The position numbers and the translations under genes were made by a program. A stretch of DNA of 64,000 nt from Nitrospirota bacterium (GTDB taxonomy: Bacteria; Nitrospirota; Nitrospiria; Nitrospirales; Nitrospiraceae): positions 128,001 to 192,000 of the forward strand of contig CAVPGK010000013.1 of assembly GCA_963703955.1 (NCBI GenBank), given 5' to 3'. Below are positions 29,867 to 41,300 of this stretch, in pieces (positions within the stretch are counted from its first letter, which is position 1; each line of letters opens with the position of its first letter). The notes below the pieces were generated by a model. The model made no database searches, was not told the origin of the DNA, and was given only the letters and a program-made list of their open reading frames with translations.

Positions 29867-31220
29867 GCAGACCGTCATGCCGCAGGCTAGCATTGAGCCT
29901 TCCCTCCTCGCGCTCTTGAACAGAATCAACGGGCTGGCGGCGGCGCCGGTGTTCCACGTACAGCAGGACACGGCGTTGAGTCGAGCTCTCCGTCCGTATC
30001 TCGACTACATGAAGAGAGGGATTTTGTCCCCGCTTCCCGAGGAGATCGCGCAGGCCAATCTGTTCCTCTTTGCGGATTACTTCCCGGACGACGGACAATT
30101 GTCCCTCATCGAACAGGTTCGCGAGACGATCGACGTTCACGTGCCGGAAGATGAACGCGCCTGGCTAGACCCGCTCAAGCATTCGTATCTGGACCTGCTG
30201 GAGATTCGAGAGATCACGGAATCTGGTGAAGGCGGCCGGCTCAAGCTGCGTTCATTGGGCAACGGCCGAGAATTTCTTGTCGGGAGAAATGGCATGAGCC
30301 TTGACATCAAGAAAGGACACGTCCTTCTCACCCGCCTGATTCGGTTGCCCGATCGGGCGCTGCTTCCAGGGGCAGCCATCATCCTAGCAGCGGGCCATGC
30401 GAGAACCATCCTTGACCTGGCGAACCAATGGCGGCGGGAAATGGAAGCCGAGTCCGGCTCCTTTGAACTTGGGGAGTGGGAGGATTTCGCCAAACAACAT
30501 GGGTACATCCTGCTTTGGATGTATGCGCAAGCCAGGTTAGACGCGCGGCTCAAGGCTGATGCAGCCTTTGCCTATCGGACGCCCAGCGCTCATCCGTTCC
30601 TCTACGCGGTCGCGCTCTATGAACACGCTGAGTTCGACCATCTCGCGGATCGGCTGGGAAAGATCGAAGGCCTGCAGGAAGAAGTCCCTGCTCGGCTGAG
30701 GGACCATCAGCACGATCAGCGACATGTTCGTGCCTGGGCCCAGTGCGAGAGCGCGCTGATGGACCATACTTCCGAGGGGTTGGCGCGATTGATATTGACC
30801 CCGGTCTTGTTGATGGTCGAGTGCGATTCCCCGGAACGCCTCAATGGTCTGAAGCATCAGCTAGCGTCCGCGTTCGGCTATTCCCTCCACTTCATCGGAG
30901 AATCCCTCACCGTGCCGATTCACGACATGCCGGAGGTCGATCTCAGCCAGGAAGGCATTCCCTTACATTCCATGGTAGTTATGCAAGATGAGGAATATCG
31001 CCTGCTCAAGGCCTTTTTGGAATCCGTCTACCTGGAATGGGCGGACCGACCGTCGCCGTCGTTACAGGGCCTCACGCCGCGCCACGCAGCAGCCGCCCTG
31101 GAGACCAAATCAAGGGTGGCATCCCTGATCGACCAATTAGAACGAGACGATCTGGTCTATCGCCGGACCGGCAGGGCAGGGTATGACTACGGTCTGCTCC
31201 GCGCCCACGTCGGTCTATAA
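29850..31220 (+). CDS. Hypothetical protein
   Basis: Long ORF within an operon; C-terminal WADRPSPSLQGLTPR. Confidence 0.8.
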   Translation: MKPISEQTVMPQASIEPSLLALLNRINGLAAAPVFHVQQDTALSRALRPYLDYMKRGILSPLPEEIAQANLFLFADYFPDDGQLSLIEQVRETIDVHVPEDERAWLDPLKHSYLDLLEIREITESGEGGRLKLRSLGNGREFLVGRNGMSLDIKKGHVLLTRLIRLPDRALLPGAAIILAAGHARTILDLANQWRREMEAESGSFELGEWEDFAKQHGYILLWMYAQARLDARLKADAAFAYRTPSAHPFLYAVALYEHAEFDHLADRLGKIEGLQEEVPARLRDHQHDQRHVRAWAQCESALMDHTSEGLARLILTPVLLMVECDSPERLNGLKHQLASAFGYSLHFIGESLTVPIHDMPEVDLSQEGIPLHSMVVMQDEEYRLLKAFLESVYLEWADRPSPSLQGLTPRHAAAALETKSRVASLIDQLERDDLVYRRTGRAGYDYGLLRAHVGL

Positions 31221-31357
31221 ACAGAATGCTGAAAAACGCCTCCAACTTCGTTCTCGGTCGTTCGGACTCCTCAACGTACTCGAAAGCACGCCTCAGCATC
31301 CGGACTCCTTGCGGCCTCGTTGGACGGCCTTGTTGAGCATTCTGTGGGAGACGGCCT

Positions 31358-31819
31358 GTGAAAAAAAAGGAGGGATCAAGCTTAGAGACGGCTTTGGGAA
31401 CGTGTCGCACCCGTCCGCCGAATGTCCTCCAGACCTTGCTCGCCGTGCAGGATGCGCTCGGGTACGTGCCGCCGGAGGCTGTGGCGGACATCGCTCGTTA
31501 CCTTGAGGTCACCGAAGCGGATGTGGCCGGTGTCCTTTCATATTATCCCGAACTGCGCACTCGCGCCTCCGGCCGCCATCTCGTTCGGATCTGCATGGGA
31601 GAGTCATGCGTGGCGAATCGTTGCAATCGCGGACTGGTCGCGCTCCGGAGCCGTCTCGGCATCGATCTCGGAGAAACGACCTCGGACAACCGATTCAGCC
31701 TGGAGCGGGTGTATTGCCTGGGCAACTGCGCCGTTTCACCGACGGTCATGGTGGATGAGGCGATCTATGGTCGAGTCGGGGGCGTCGATGTCCTTGCCAT
31801 ACTCGAGGAATATGAATAA
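31358..31819 (+). CDS. fdsG: NAD-dependent formate dehydrogenase gamma subunit (NuoE-like)
   Basis: CMGESC...CLGNC 2Fe-2S ligands. Confidence 0.85.
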   Translation: MKKKEGSSLETALGTCRTRPPNVLQTLLAVQDALGYVPPEAVADIARYLEVTEADVAGVLSYYPELRTRASGRHLVRICMGESCVANRCNRGLVALRSRLGIDLGETTSDNRFSLERVYCLGNCAVSPTVMVDEAIYGRVGGVDVLAILEEYE

Positions 31820-33341
31820 GACTCCGCCACCAGCCGTTCGTCTGTACCTTTCAAACGACACATCTGCCCGTGCGGCGGGAGTCGAGCGAGTGGCGGACGC
31901 CTTGGCAGGAACGCCGGGATTGGAGTTGGTTCGCACTTCCTCACGGGGCGCGTTTTTCCTCGAACCGCTTGTCGAGCGGGATACACCGGATGGTCGGATG
32001 GCCTGGTCTCGTGTTTCGCCGAACGATCTGCCGTCTGTCCTCGCAGGGACGGGGGGAACACCGGTGAGGCAGATTTCCTTCCTGACTCAACAAACCCGTG
32101 AGACCTTCGCGAATTTTGGGGTCACTCAACCGCTCTCGCTTGACGAGTACAGAATGCGCGGTGGGCTGAGGGGTCTTGACTGCGCCCGGGCGCTCTCGCC
32201 GGAAGCGATCATTGATGAGTTGAAACTGTCCGGACTGCGCGGGCGTGGAGGCGCGGCCTTTCCCGTGTGGACGAAGTGGAAGGTAGCCGGGGAGGCGAGG
32301 GCGGATCGGAAATACGTCGTGGCCAATGCCGACGAGGGAGATGCCGGCACGTACTGCGACCGCATGATCATGGAGGGCGATCCATTCCGCTTGATTGAAG
32401 GCATGCTGATCTGCGCCTGCGCCGTTGGGGCCGACCGGGGCTATATCTATTGCCGTCAGGAATACCCAGCGGCGGCCCGTGTTTTGAAGGCGGCGATCGA
32501 AGAAGGGGAGCGCGCTGGCTTGTTGGGTCGCAACGGGAGCGGCTTTCATCTGGAGATCTTCGTCGGCGCCGGGTCCTACGTGTGTGGCGAAGAGACCGCG
32601 CTTCTGGAATCGCTGGAAGGGCGTCGCGGCGTCGTGTGCGCCAAGCCCCCGTATCCGGCAGTCTCGGGTCTGTACGGACGGCCAACCGTGGTGAGTAATG
32701 TGCTGACCTTTGCGACCGTCCCAAGCATCCTAGCCCGAGGAGGCGCCTGGCATGCCGCATTGGGCACGGAGGGATCACGCGGGACGATCGCGCTGCAGAT
32801 CGGAGGACGGGTCAAGCAGCCGGGCCTCGTGGAGATTCCGTTCGGCGCGACGCTCGAGGATGTGATTGAGCAGTTCGGCGGGGGCATGGCGGCGGACGCC
32901 CGGTTCAAGGCCGTTCAGGTCGGCGGCCCGCTGGGTAGCCTCTTCCCGGCTTCCAAGCTGAGTATCCGGATCTGTTACGACGAGTTCGCAAGAGCCGGGG
33001 CGATCCTGGGACATGGGGGGATCGTCGTGTACGATGATGAGACCGACATGGTTGAGCTGGCCCGCCATTTCATGGCGTTCACCGCCGACGAATCATGTGG
33101 AAAATGCACACCCTGCCGCGTCGGCTCGGTCAGGGGGCGAGAGATCCTTGATCGAATCGCAAAGGGTCGCGGTCGTCTGAGCGATCTGGATCTGCTTGCT
33201 GACCTCGGGGAGACGATGAAAGCGGCCAGCTTGTGCGCCTTGGGAAGTCGGGCGCCATATCCGGTTCTCACCGCGATCGAGCACTTCGGCTATGAATTTC
33301 AGGATCGTCTATTCGCCGATCGAACGAGTGAAGAACACTGA
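31812..33341 (+). CDS. fdsB: NAD-dependent formate dehydrogenase beta subunit (NuoF-like)
   Basis: SGLRGRGGAAFP, NADEGD, YVCGEET, ESCGKCTPCRVG. Confidence 0.9.
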   Translation: MNKTPPPAVRLYLSNDTSARAAGVERVADALAGTPGLELVRTSSRGAFFLEPLVERDTPDGRMAWSRVSPNDLPSVLAGTGGTPVRQISFLTQQTRETFANFGVTQPLSLDEYRMRGGLRGLDCARALSPEAIIDELKLSGLRGRGGAAFPVWTKWKVAGEARADRKYVVANADEGDAGTYCDRMIMEGDPFRLIEGMLICACAVGADRGYIYCRQEYPAAARVLKAAIEEGERAGLLGRNGSGFHLEIFVGAGSYVCGEETALLESLEGRRGVVCAKPPYPAVSGLYGRPTVVSNVLTFATVPSILARGGAWHAALGTEGSRGTIALQIGGRVKQPGLVEIPFGATLEDVIEQFGGGMAADARFKAVQVGGPLGSLFPASKLSIRICYDEFARAGAILGHGGIVVYDDETDMVELARHFMAFTADESCGKCTPCRVGSVRGREILDRIAKGRGRLSDLDLLADLGETMKAASLCALGSRAPYPVLTAIEHFGYEFQDRLFADRTSEEH

Positions 33342-33350
33342 TCGAACAGG

Positions 33351-36131
33351 ATGATACTCACGCCACCAGCAAAGGTAGATTGTCGGGCTGTGAGCCTGAC
33401 GATCAATGGTCGGTCCATCACGGCGGCTTCCGGAGCGACCGTCTTCAGCGCGGCGCGTCAAGCGGGGATCACGATCCCGAATTTATGCGCGTCGGATCAT
33501 TTGGCTCCCTTCGGGTCGTGTCGCCTCTGTCTCTGTGAAGTGGAAGGGCGGTCGGATACCCCGGCCTCGTGCACGACGCCTGTGCAGGAGGGCATGGTTG
33601 TGCGCACGGAAACCGAGCGATTGACCCGGCACCGAAAGAATATCCTCGAACTCTATCTGTCCGAACGGCCTGAGGGTGACGCGCCGGAACCTCTCCGCAA
33701 GCTGGCCCACACGCTGGGGCTTGCGCGAGTCCGCTATGACGCCCCGAGTCATCGAACCGTGTTCCACGATGTGTCGAATCCCTTCTTTTCGTTCGACAAT
33801 GCGGCGTGTATCTCATGCGCCCGGTGCGTACGAGCGTGCGATGAGATTCAAGGGACCTTCGCGCTGACGATGATCGGCCGTGGATTCGACGCCCGGCCGG
33901 TTGCGGGAGATGGTCATGGGTTCGCCGCCTCGAACTGTGTCTCGTGCGGGGCGTGCGTCAAAGAATGCCCGACCGGCGCGTTACTGGAAACGTCCATCCA
34001 TCGATTCGGCCGGCCGACGCAGACCGTGCGCACGACCTGTGCCTATTGCGGGGTGGGGTGCGCGTTCGACGCTGGCGTCCGGGATGGTCGAGTGGTCAGT
34101 ATGGCGCCGTCGGATGATGGCCCATCGAATCTCGGTCATGCGTGCATGAAGGGCCGGTTCGGCTGGGATTACATCTATGCCAAGGATCGGCTGCGCGTGC
34201 CGCTCCTGCGGCGAGGTGATCGGTGGGAGGAGATTTCGTGGGAGGCCGCCATGGATCGGATGGCCCGGGAATTTAGTCGAATCAAGGAAACGTATGGAGC
34301 GGACGCCCTAGCGACGATTTCCTCCAGCCGGGGCACGAATGAAGAAAATTACTTGTTCGCGAAGTTCATGCGGTGCGTGATCGGCACCAACCACATCGAC
34401 AATTGCGCACGAGTCTGCCACAGCGCCACCGTCACGGGGATGATGGAGGTACTGGGCGCGTCCGCGGCCACGAATTCGATCGCTGATGTGGATCTCGCCA
34501 AACTGATCCTCGTGGTCGGAGCGAACCCCACCGAGTCTCATCCCGTGGTTGGCGCGCGGATCAAACGGGCTCATCGGCGCGGTGTGCCGCTGATCGTGGT
34601 GGACCCACGGCGCACCGAACTGGCGCGCCTGGCCGACTTCCATCTACAGTTGCGTCCCGGCACCAATGTGGCACTGCTGAATGGATTGGGCCACGTCATC
34701 GTACAGGAAAGGCTGCTGGATCACGCGTTCATCGACAGGCGCACCGATGGGCTCGCGGATTGGCGTGACTCAGTGGCCGCCTGTACACCGGAGGTGACCG
34801 AGGGTATCACCGGCGTGCCGGCCGCCAAGATTGTGGAGGCGGCCCGTCGCTATGCGATGAGCGGCGCGTCCCTCTGCGTACATGGTCTCGGCGTGACCGA
34901 GCACCGTTGGGGGAGTCATGGCGTGATTGCCCTGTGCAATCTCGCCCTGGCCACGGGACACATCGGACGGCCTGGGACCGGCATCAACCCGCTGCGCGGC
35001 CAGAACAATGTACAGGGCGCCTCGGATTCGGGCTGTCTGCCCACCTATTTCGCGGGTTATCAAAGCTTCGATGATCCCGGTCTGGCTGCCAAGCACCGTG
35101 CCATTACAGGGCGCACGCTTCCGTCGAAGCGCGGCCTGAAGATTCCCGACATGTGGGACGCCGCGCTGGACGGGCGGCTGAAGGGGATGTGGATCATCGG
35201 GTACGATGTGGCGCAAACTGATCCGAATCTCAAGAAAGTCAAAGCCGCGCTCGGTCGTTTAGAATTTCTCGTCGTGCAGGATCTGTTTCTCAGCGAGACG
35301 GCGAAGCTCGCGCATCTGGTCATACCGGGAGCCGCGTTTCTTGAAAAGGATGGTACATTCACGAATCTCGAACGCCGGATTCAACGAATCCGCAAAGTCG
35401 TCGATCCGCCTGACGCCGTGCTGCCGGACTGGCAGGTAGTCAGCCAGGTTTCTAAGCGAATGGGTTACGCGATGGATTATGCGCATCCATCCGAGATTAT
35501 GGATGAGATGAGGCGGCTCACACCGATGCTGGCGGGTGTATCCTTCGATCGGCTCGAAGAGCGGAAGGGACTCCAATGGCCGGTTCCTTCTGCGGATCAC
35601 CCGGGAACACCATTGATGCACGCGGACGGCTTCCCGCCCCGGGAAGGAGCGGGTGGGGGTGATGGCCGGGCTCGTTTTGTTCCTGTTGAGCACCTTCCGC
35701 CCGGCGAGGAGCCTAACGACGCGTTCCCATTCATCCTGATCACTGGTCGGATTCTCCAACACTATAATTGCGGGGCCCAGACCCGCCGGACTGATATCAT
35801 GCGCATTGTCGATACCGACGTGTTGGAGATGCATCCGGAGGACGCGGCGCGCCTCCACCTGACCGACGGTGAATCGGTGAAGCTGGTCAGCGCCCGGGGC
35901 GAGGCCATCCTGCCGGTGACCCTGAGCCAGCGCGTTCAGCCCGGACAGCTCTTCACGAGCTTTCATTTTCCGGGGACCAATACGAATGCCTTGCTTTCGT
36001 CCAGCGCCGATGAAAGTTCGAAGTGCCCGGAGTACAAGGTGTCCGCCGTACGAGTGGAGACATTGACCGGCGGCAGGGCCGGGAGGAAGGACGCGGCGGA
36101 TGGCGGCGCGCGGTGGAGGCTGATGACCTAG
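33351..36131 (+). CDS. fdsA: Formate dehydrogenase alpha subunit (Cys type)
   Basis: N-terminal Fe-S domains, CAYCGVGC, DNCARVCH, LRGQNNVQG. Confidence 0.93.
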   Translation: MILTPPAKVDCRAVSLTINGRSITAASGATVFSAARQAGITIPNLCASDHLAPFGSCRLCLCEVEGRSDTPASCTTPVQEGMVVRTETERLTRHRKNILELYLSERPEGDAPEPLRKLAHTLGLARVRYDAPSHRTVFHDVSNPFFSFDNAACISCARCVRACDEIQGTFALTMIGRGFDARPVAGDGHGFAASNCVSCGACVKECPTGALLETSIHRFGRPTQTVRTTCAYCGVGCAFDAGVRDGRVVSMAPSDDGPSNLGHACMKGRFGWDYIYAKDRLRVPLLRRGDRWEEISWEAAMDRMAREFSRIKETYGADALATISSSRGTNEENYLFAKFMRCVIGTNHIDNCARVCHSATVTGMMEVLGASAATNSIADVDLAKLILVVGANPTESHPVVGARIKRAHRRGVPLIVVDPRRTELARLADFHLQLRPGTNVALLNGLGHVIVQERLLDHAFIDRRTDGLADWRDSVAACTPEVTEGITGVPAAKIVEAARRYAMSGASLCVHGLGVTEHRWGSHGVIALCNLALATGHIGRPGTGINPLRGQNNVQGASDSGCLPTYFAGYQSFDDPGLAAKHRAITGRTLPSKRGLKIPDMWDAALDGRLKGMWIIGYDVAQTDPNLKKVKAALGRLEFLVVQDLFLSETAKLAHLVIPGAAFLEKDGTFTNLERRIQRIRKVVDPPDAVLPDWQVVSQVSKRMGYAMDYAHPSEIMDEMRRLTPMLAGVSFDRLEERKGLQWPVPSADHPGTPLMHADGFPPREGAGGGDGRARFVPVEHLPPGEEPNDAFPFILITGRILQHYNCGAQTRRTDIMRIVDTDVLEMHPEDAARLHLTDGESVKLVSARGEAILPVTLSQRVQPGQLFTSFHFPGTNTNALLSSSADESSKCPEYKVSAVRVETLTGGRAGRKDAADGGARWRLMT

Positions 36132-36220
36132 ATGGAGCGGTCAGCCGGGTTCAGCTCTGAGCGCAGAGACTTACTCCAAGGAACTGAAAGTCGACGCTTG
36201 ACCACCGACCGCTTCATACC

Positions 36221-37141
36221 ATGAACCAATCATCGACCACCCTGGTCCCCTTGTTCGACGCCTACTCTCCGCCGCAGATCGCTGAACGCGTGAGAGAGAT
36301 CGGTGTCGCGAAGGCCAACGCCCCGCTGTTGACGACCTTGGCCCTCGCCGTTCTGGCCGGTGCGTTCATCTCACTGGGCGCCCTGTTCTATACCGTCACG
36401 GTGACCGGTGCGGATGCATCGGAGAGGACACCTTTCGGCCTGCTTCAGTTGGCCGGCGGCGCTGCGTTTAGTCTCGGTCTGGTCCTGGTGGTGGTCGGCG
36501 GCGCGGAGCTGTTTACCGGCAACAATCTGCTGGCGATGGCGTGGGCGGCCGGTCGTGTTCAGAGCGGCCAGATTCTCCGGAATTGGGGATGGGTCTACCT
36601 GGGAAATCTGGTCGGAGCGCTCGGTACCGCGGCCTTGGTTCTCCTGTCAGGTGTGCACGAGTTGGCGGACGGCGCGGTCGGCGAGACGGCGATCCGCATT
36701 GCTAGAGCAAAAAGCGATCTTGGCGCATTGGAATCGGTAGCGCGCGGGATTCTCTGCAACGTCCTCGTGTGCCTGGCGGTCTGGCTTTGTATGGGAGCCC
36801 GCAGCGTCGCCGACAAGATCCTTGCCATTGTGTTTCCCATTAGCGCGTTTGTCGCCTGCGGGTTCGAGCATTCGGTCGCGAATATGTATTTTCTTCCGAT
36901 CGGACTTGCGCTTACCTGGCCCGGGACCGCGCCAATCGCGCTGGCGGATGCCTTCGGCAATCTCGTCCTGGTGACGGTCGGGAACCTCCTGGGCGGGACA
37001 GTCCTGGTCGCGGAGGTATATTGGTTTGTCTATTTACGGGGCAGCTCTGTTTCCGGCGCACCCCCCATTCGGCCATTGCATCCAACCCCAGAGCAGGATA
37101 AACCAACCCTGTCGTCCACGTTGAGAGGAGACCGTCGATGA
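36221..37141 (+). CDS. Formate/nitrite transporter (FNT)
   Basis: GAELFTGN, GILCNVLVCLAVW, GFEHSVANM. Confidence 0.92.
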   Translation: MNQSSTTLVPLFDAYSPPQIAERVREIGVAKANAPLLTTLALAVLAGAFISLGALFYTVTVTGADASERTPFGLLQLAGGAAFSLGLVLVVVGGAELFTGNNLLAMAWAAGRVQSGQILRNWGWVYLGNLVGALGTAALVLLSGVHELADGAVGETAIRIARAKSDLGALESVARGILCNVLVCLAVWLCMGARSVADKILAIVFPISAFVACGFEHSVANMYFLPIGLALTWPGTAPIALADAFGNLVLVTVGNLLGGTVLVAEVYWFVYLRGSSVSGAPPIRPLHPTPEQDKPTLSSTLRGDRR

Positions 37142-37971
37142 AGGTCGTCATCGGGATGGATGGTTCGAAATACTCACGCTGGGCGTTGGAATGGATCGCT
37201 CGACTTCCGCTAGCCGCCCCACCTCCGGTCGTCGCGCTGCACGCCGTGGACCTCTCGGCCTTGAAGGCCCCGGTGATGTTTCAACCCATGGTCGTCGGCA
37301 ATGAGCCGTTCATCCAAGCCGAGGTGAAGAGGTTGGACAAGAAGGCGAAAGAGGTGGTTGCTGAAACCAAGAGGTCGTTCGATTCCTTCAATCTGCAGGG
37401 TAGAGTGATGATCGCAAAAGGTGCGCCCGCGGAGATCATCGTGAAGCGCGCAAGACGCGGAGACCTGCTGATCGTCGGACACCGCGGTCTGACCGGTCTG
37501 GATCGTTTCATGTTGGGGAGCGTGTCTACGAAAGTGATGTTGCACGCGCCCTGTTCTGTGCTGGTGGTGAAGCAGCCGTCCCGGCCGATTCGAAAAATCC
37601 TGCTGGCGACCGACGGGTCCAAGAACGCGAATAAGGCCCTCCGGTTTCTCTTGGAGGACATGCGATCCGCGAATGTAGAAATCCTCGTCACGCACGTGAT
37701 GCCGTTTCTAAGATACTCGGAGCAAAATGAGGCAGGGAAGGTCTTGGTTGATCAGTGCGCGGAAAAGCTGGCGTTGGCCGGCTACCGGGTGACTCCGATG
37801 CTGAAGCTTGGAAGCCCGGCAGACGAAATCATTAAGATTGCCGGGCGGCAGAAAGTAGACCTGATCGTCTCTGGCGCCAAAGGGCTTGGCGCGATCGCTC
37901 GATTCTTCTTGGGGAGCGTCTCGATGAAGCTAATGCAGCACAGTGCCTGTTCGGTTCTCGTGGTCCGGTAA
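37138..37971 (+). CDS. Universal stress protein (tandem USP)
   Basis: VGHRG..LGSVS; GAKG..LGSVS. Confidence 0.92.
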   Translation: MKVVIGMDGSKYSRWALEWIARLPLAAPPPVVALHAVDLSALKAPVMFQPMVVGNEPFIQAEVKRLDKKAKEVVAETKRSFDSFNLQGRVMIAKGAPAEIIVKRARRGDLLIVGHRGLTGLDRFMLGSVSTKVMLHAPCSVLVVKQPSRPIRKILLATDGSKNANKALRFLLEDMRSANVEILVTHVMPFLRYSEQNEAGKVLVDQCAEKLALAGYRVTPMLKLGSPADEIIKIAGRQKVDLIVSGAKGLGAIARFFLGSVSMKLMQHSACSVLVVR

Positions 37972-38010
37972 GGCCGCCTCTCATGAGGGATAGGAAGTTG
38001 TGGCTGTGGG

Positions 38011-38397
38011 TTACTGCTTGCTCAGTGTCCGGATGTAGGCCAGCACATCTCTGGACTGCTGGTCGGAGAGGCGGAGCTTCCAGGCCGGCATGTTGGGTTT
38101 CCCTTCATGGATGGTCTTCAGCATGTCGGCGTCCGATTTTGCCTTGACCGAGGGGGAGGTGAGGTTTGCCGGGTCAGTGCCAAGCAACTTGTAGCCATCG
38201 CCTTTGCCTTCTGTTCCATGGCAAGCCGCACAGTGCCGCACGTACAGTTCCTTCCCTCTGGCCGCACGGCCGCTTTTCGACGGAGGCTGGCCCGCCACGG
38301 CGCTCCAGATCGGAGGACCAAGAACGAGCGTGGTTGCGATGAAGACCAACACTCCGAGATGGGTGTTTATCGTAGGATTCCCTCCACAGCCACGCAC
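38011..38397 (-). CDS. c-type cytochrome
   Basis: CAACHG..GKGDG, NMPAW. Start uncertain. Confidence 0.85.
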   Translation of the reverse strand: MRGCGGNPTINTHLGVLVFIATTLVLGPPIWSAVAGQPPSKSGRAARGKELYVRHCAACHGTEGKGDGYKLLGTDPANLTSPSVKAKSDADMLKTIHEGKPNMPAWKLRLSDQQSRDVLAYIRTLSKQ

Positions 38398-41300
38398 GGC
38401 GGCTCTGTCTCTGCCGAAACCTTCCTGCGACCGGGCTCACTTCCTGAACGCCGATCTTCGAACCACCGAAACATAGCAGGCAGCACCACCAGCGTCAACA
38501 GGGTCGAGGTCAACGTGCCACCGAGCACGACGATGGCCAGAGGTCGCTGGACCTCTGCTCCGATTCCCTGCGCCACGGCCAGCGGGAGAAGCCCCAGCAG
38601 CGTCGTCAGCGCGGTCATCAGGATTGGCCGCAGTCGTCGCAGACAGCCGGTGACGACCGCGTCGTCCACGGACAACCTCTCCTGCCGCAAGTCGTGGATG
38701 TGAGTGACAAGGACGAGCCCGTTTCCCACCGCGACGCCGAACAGGCTGATAAACCCCAGCGACGCCGGGACGCTCAAGTACTCGCCGGTCAGCCACAGTG
38801 CCCACACGCCACCGACCAGGGCAAAGGGAAGATTCAGAATGATCAGTGTTGCGTAGCGCAGCGAGTGCAAGGAGGAAAACAACAGTAGAAAGATCAAGGC
38901 GATCGTGACCGGCACCACGATCTGAAGGCGCGCCATGGCCCGCTGCATGTTCTCGAACGCGCCGCTCCACCGGATGGCATAGCCGGGAGGCAGCGGCAGT
39001 TGCGCCTCGATCTTCTGCTGAGCCTCTGCAACCACGCTGCCGATGTCGCGGCCCGATACGTTGAAGCCGATTGCGATCTTCCGCTTGAGCCCCTCCCGGC
39101 TGATGTGAGCGGAGCCTTCGCGCAGTTCGATCGCGGCCAGATCGCTCAACGGTATGTGCGCTCCGGTCGGAGTTTCCACCAGAATGTTGCCGATGGCTTT
39201 CACGCTGCTCCGGTCTGACGCCGGAAACCGGAGGGTCAGATCAAACCGGCGTTCACGCTCATACACCTGCGTCGCGGCTTTGCCGCCGACGGCTGTCGCG
39301 ATGATCTCCTGAACCTCCATCACGTTCATGCCGAAGCGCGCGATCTTGTCCCGATCGACGGTTACGGTCAGGTACGTCTGCCCGAACAATTGCTCCATTT
39401 TTACGTCTCTCACTCCGGCCACCGTTTTGAGGATATCCGTAATCTGTTCCGCGCCGGATTTGAGAACGTCCAGGTCTTCTCCGGAAAGCTTGATCGAGAC
39501 CTCGGTACGAAACCCGGAGATCAGTTCATCCACGCGTTCCTGAATGGGCTGGCTCATCAGGACTGCGATGCCGGGAATCTCGGCCAGACGCCGGCGCATG
39601 GCCTCAACCAGGTCCGGCTTGCGCGTGGCCGTGGTCCACGTCTCGCGAGGGCGGAGCAATACTACCGGATCGCTTTCATACGGCTCCTCGGGTGTCGTTG
39701 CAATTTCGGGGCGGCCGATCTTGCTCACCACCATGGTCGTCTCGGGAAATTGCAACATGGCGTGTTGCGCCTGCCGTTCCAACTCGATCGAGTGCGGCAG
39801 GGACACGCTGGGGTGACGGATGATCTGAGGGGTGAGCGCGCCTTCATCCATGATCGGCACGAATTCTCTTCCCAGAAACGGCAACAACGCGAGGCTGACG
39901 AGGAAAAGAACAGCCGCGACCCCAACGACCGCAAACCGATGGCCGAGGGTCCAGCGAAGAACGGGGAGATAGAGGCGTTTGAGCCACCGCATGAGGATCA
40001 GGTCCTCTTCTCGGCCTCCTCGCAGAATCAGCGAGCAGAGGACAGGGGAGAGCGTGAGCGACAGCACCAAAGAGATGAGGAGCGCGATCACCATCGTCGC
40101 GGCGAGCGGCTTGAACATCTTCCCTCCATCCCCTGCAGGGTCAGGAGTGGGAGAAAGACGACACTGATGATCAGAATGCTGAACGCGATGGGCCGGGCCA
40201 CTTCTTTGGCGGCCTGTAAGACCGTTTCTTGCCGAGTCCGGAAGCGACGCCCGGCCGTTGAAAGGAAATGATAGGCGTTCTCCCACCACCACAATGGAGC
40301 CGTCGGCAATCTCCCCGATGGCAATCGCCATCCCGCCCAGCGACATGAGGTTGGCCGTGAGCCCCACCTCGCGCATCACGATGAACGTTGCCAATGGAGT
40401 CAGGATGAGGATACAGGTCACAATCACCGCGCCGCGCAAGTTGCCCAGGAACGGCAATGAGACCAGGATCAGCAGCGTCACCCCTTCGAGCAGCGCGTAG
40501 TTTACGGTCGCCAGTGCGGCGGTGATCAGCTCGATCCGGTCATAGAAGGGGATGATCCTCAGTCCATCGGGGAGCAGTTGCTGGCGGTGAATGTCGGCGA
40601 CCTTTTCCTTGACCGCCTGCACGACCTCTCTGGCATTCGCGCCTCGCAGCATGAGCACGATCCCAGCCACCGCCTCGTGGCCGTTCACCAAGGCCGCGCC
40701 ATGCCGCACCGCATGCCCGATGCGGACCTCAGCGAGGTCGCGGACGAAGACCGGTGTGCCTCCGCGCTCTTTGACGACGATGTTCTCGATGTCCGTGACG
40801 GTCTGAATCAAGCCAATGCCTCGAACGATATACTGCTCGGTGTATCGTTCTAGGATGTTCCCCCCGGTGTTGAGGTTGTTCTTGGCGACGGCCTCAAAGA
40901 CATCGTGCAATGCCAGGTCGTACTTCCGGAGCCGTGCCGGGTCCACCACCACCTGATATTGTTTGACGAACCCGCCCAGTGAATTCACTTCGATGACCCC
41001 AGGGATCCCCTTGAGGAGCGGCCGGATGACCCAATCCTGGATCGTGCGCATATCCATCAGCCTGCGCTGGTCTGCGGTAGGATCCGCGATCGGGTCAAGA
41101 CCAGTCGGTCCGGCCAAGTAGTATTGGTAGACCTCTTCCAGCCCGGAGGAGATGGGCGTCATGACCGGCTCGATTCCGGGCCGGAGCTTGTTCTTCACCT
41201 CTATCAAGCGTTCCAGTACCAGTTGGCGAGCAAAATAGATGTCCATCGCGTCCTGAAACACCACCGTGATCTGCGACAGACCGAACTTGGAGAGCGAGCG

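Noticed and set aside
33351..36131. Selenocysteine recoding in FDH
   Set aside because: The active site is Cys (DNCARVCH) and there is no in-frame TGA.
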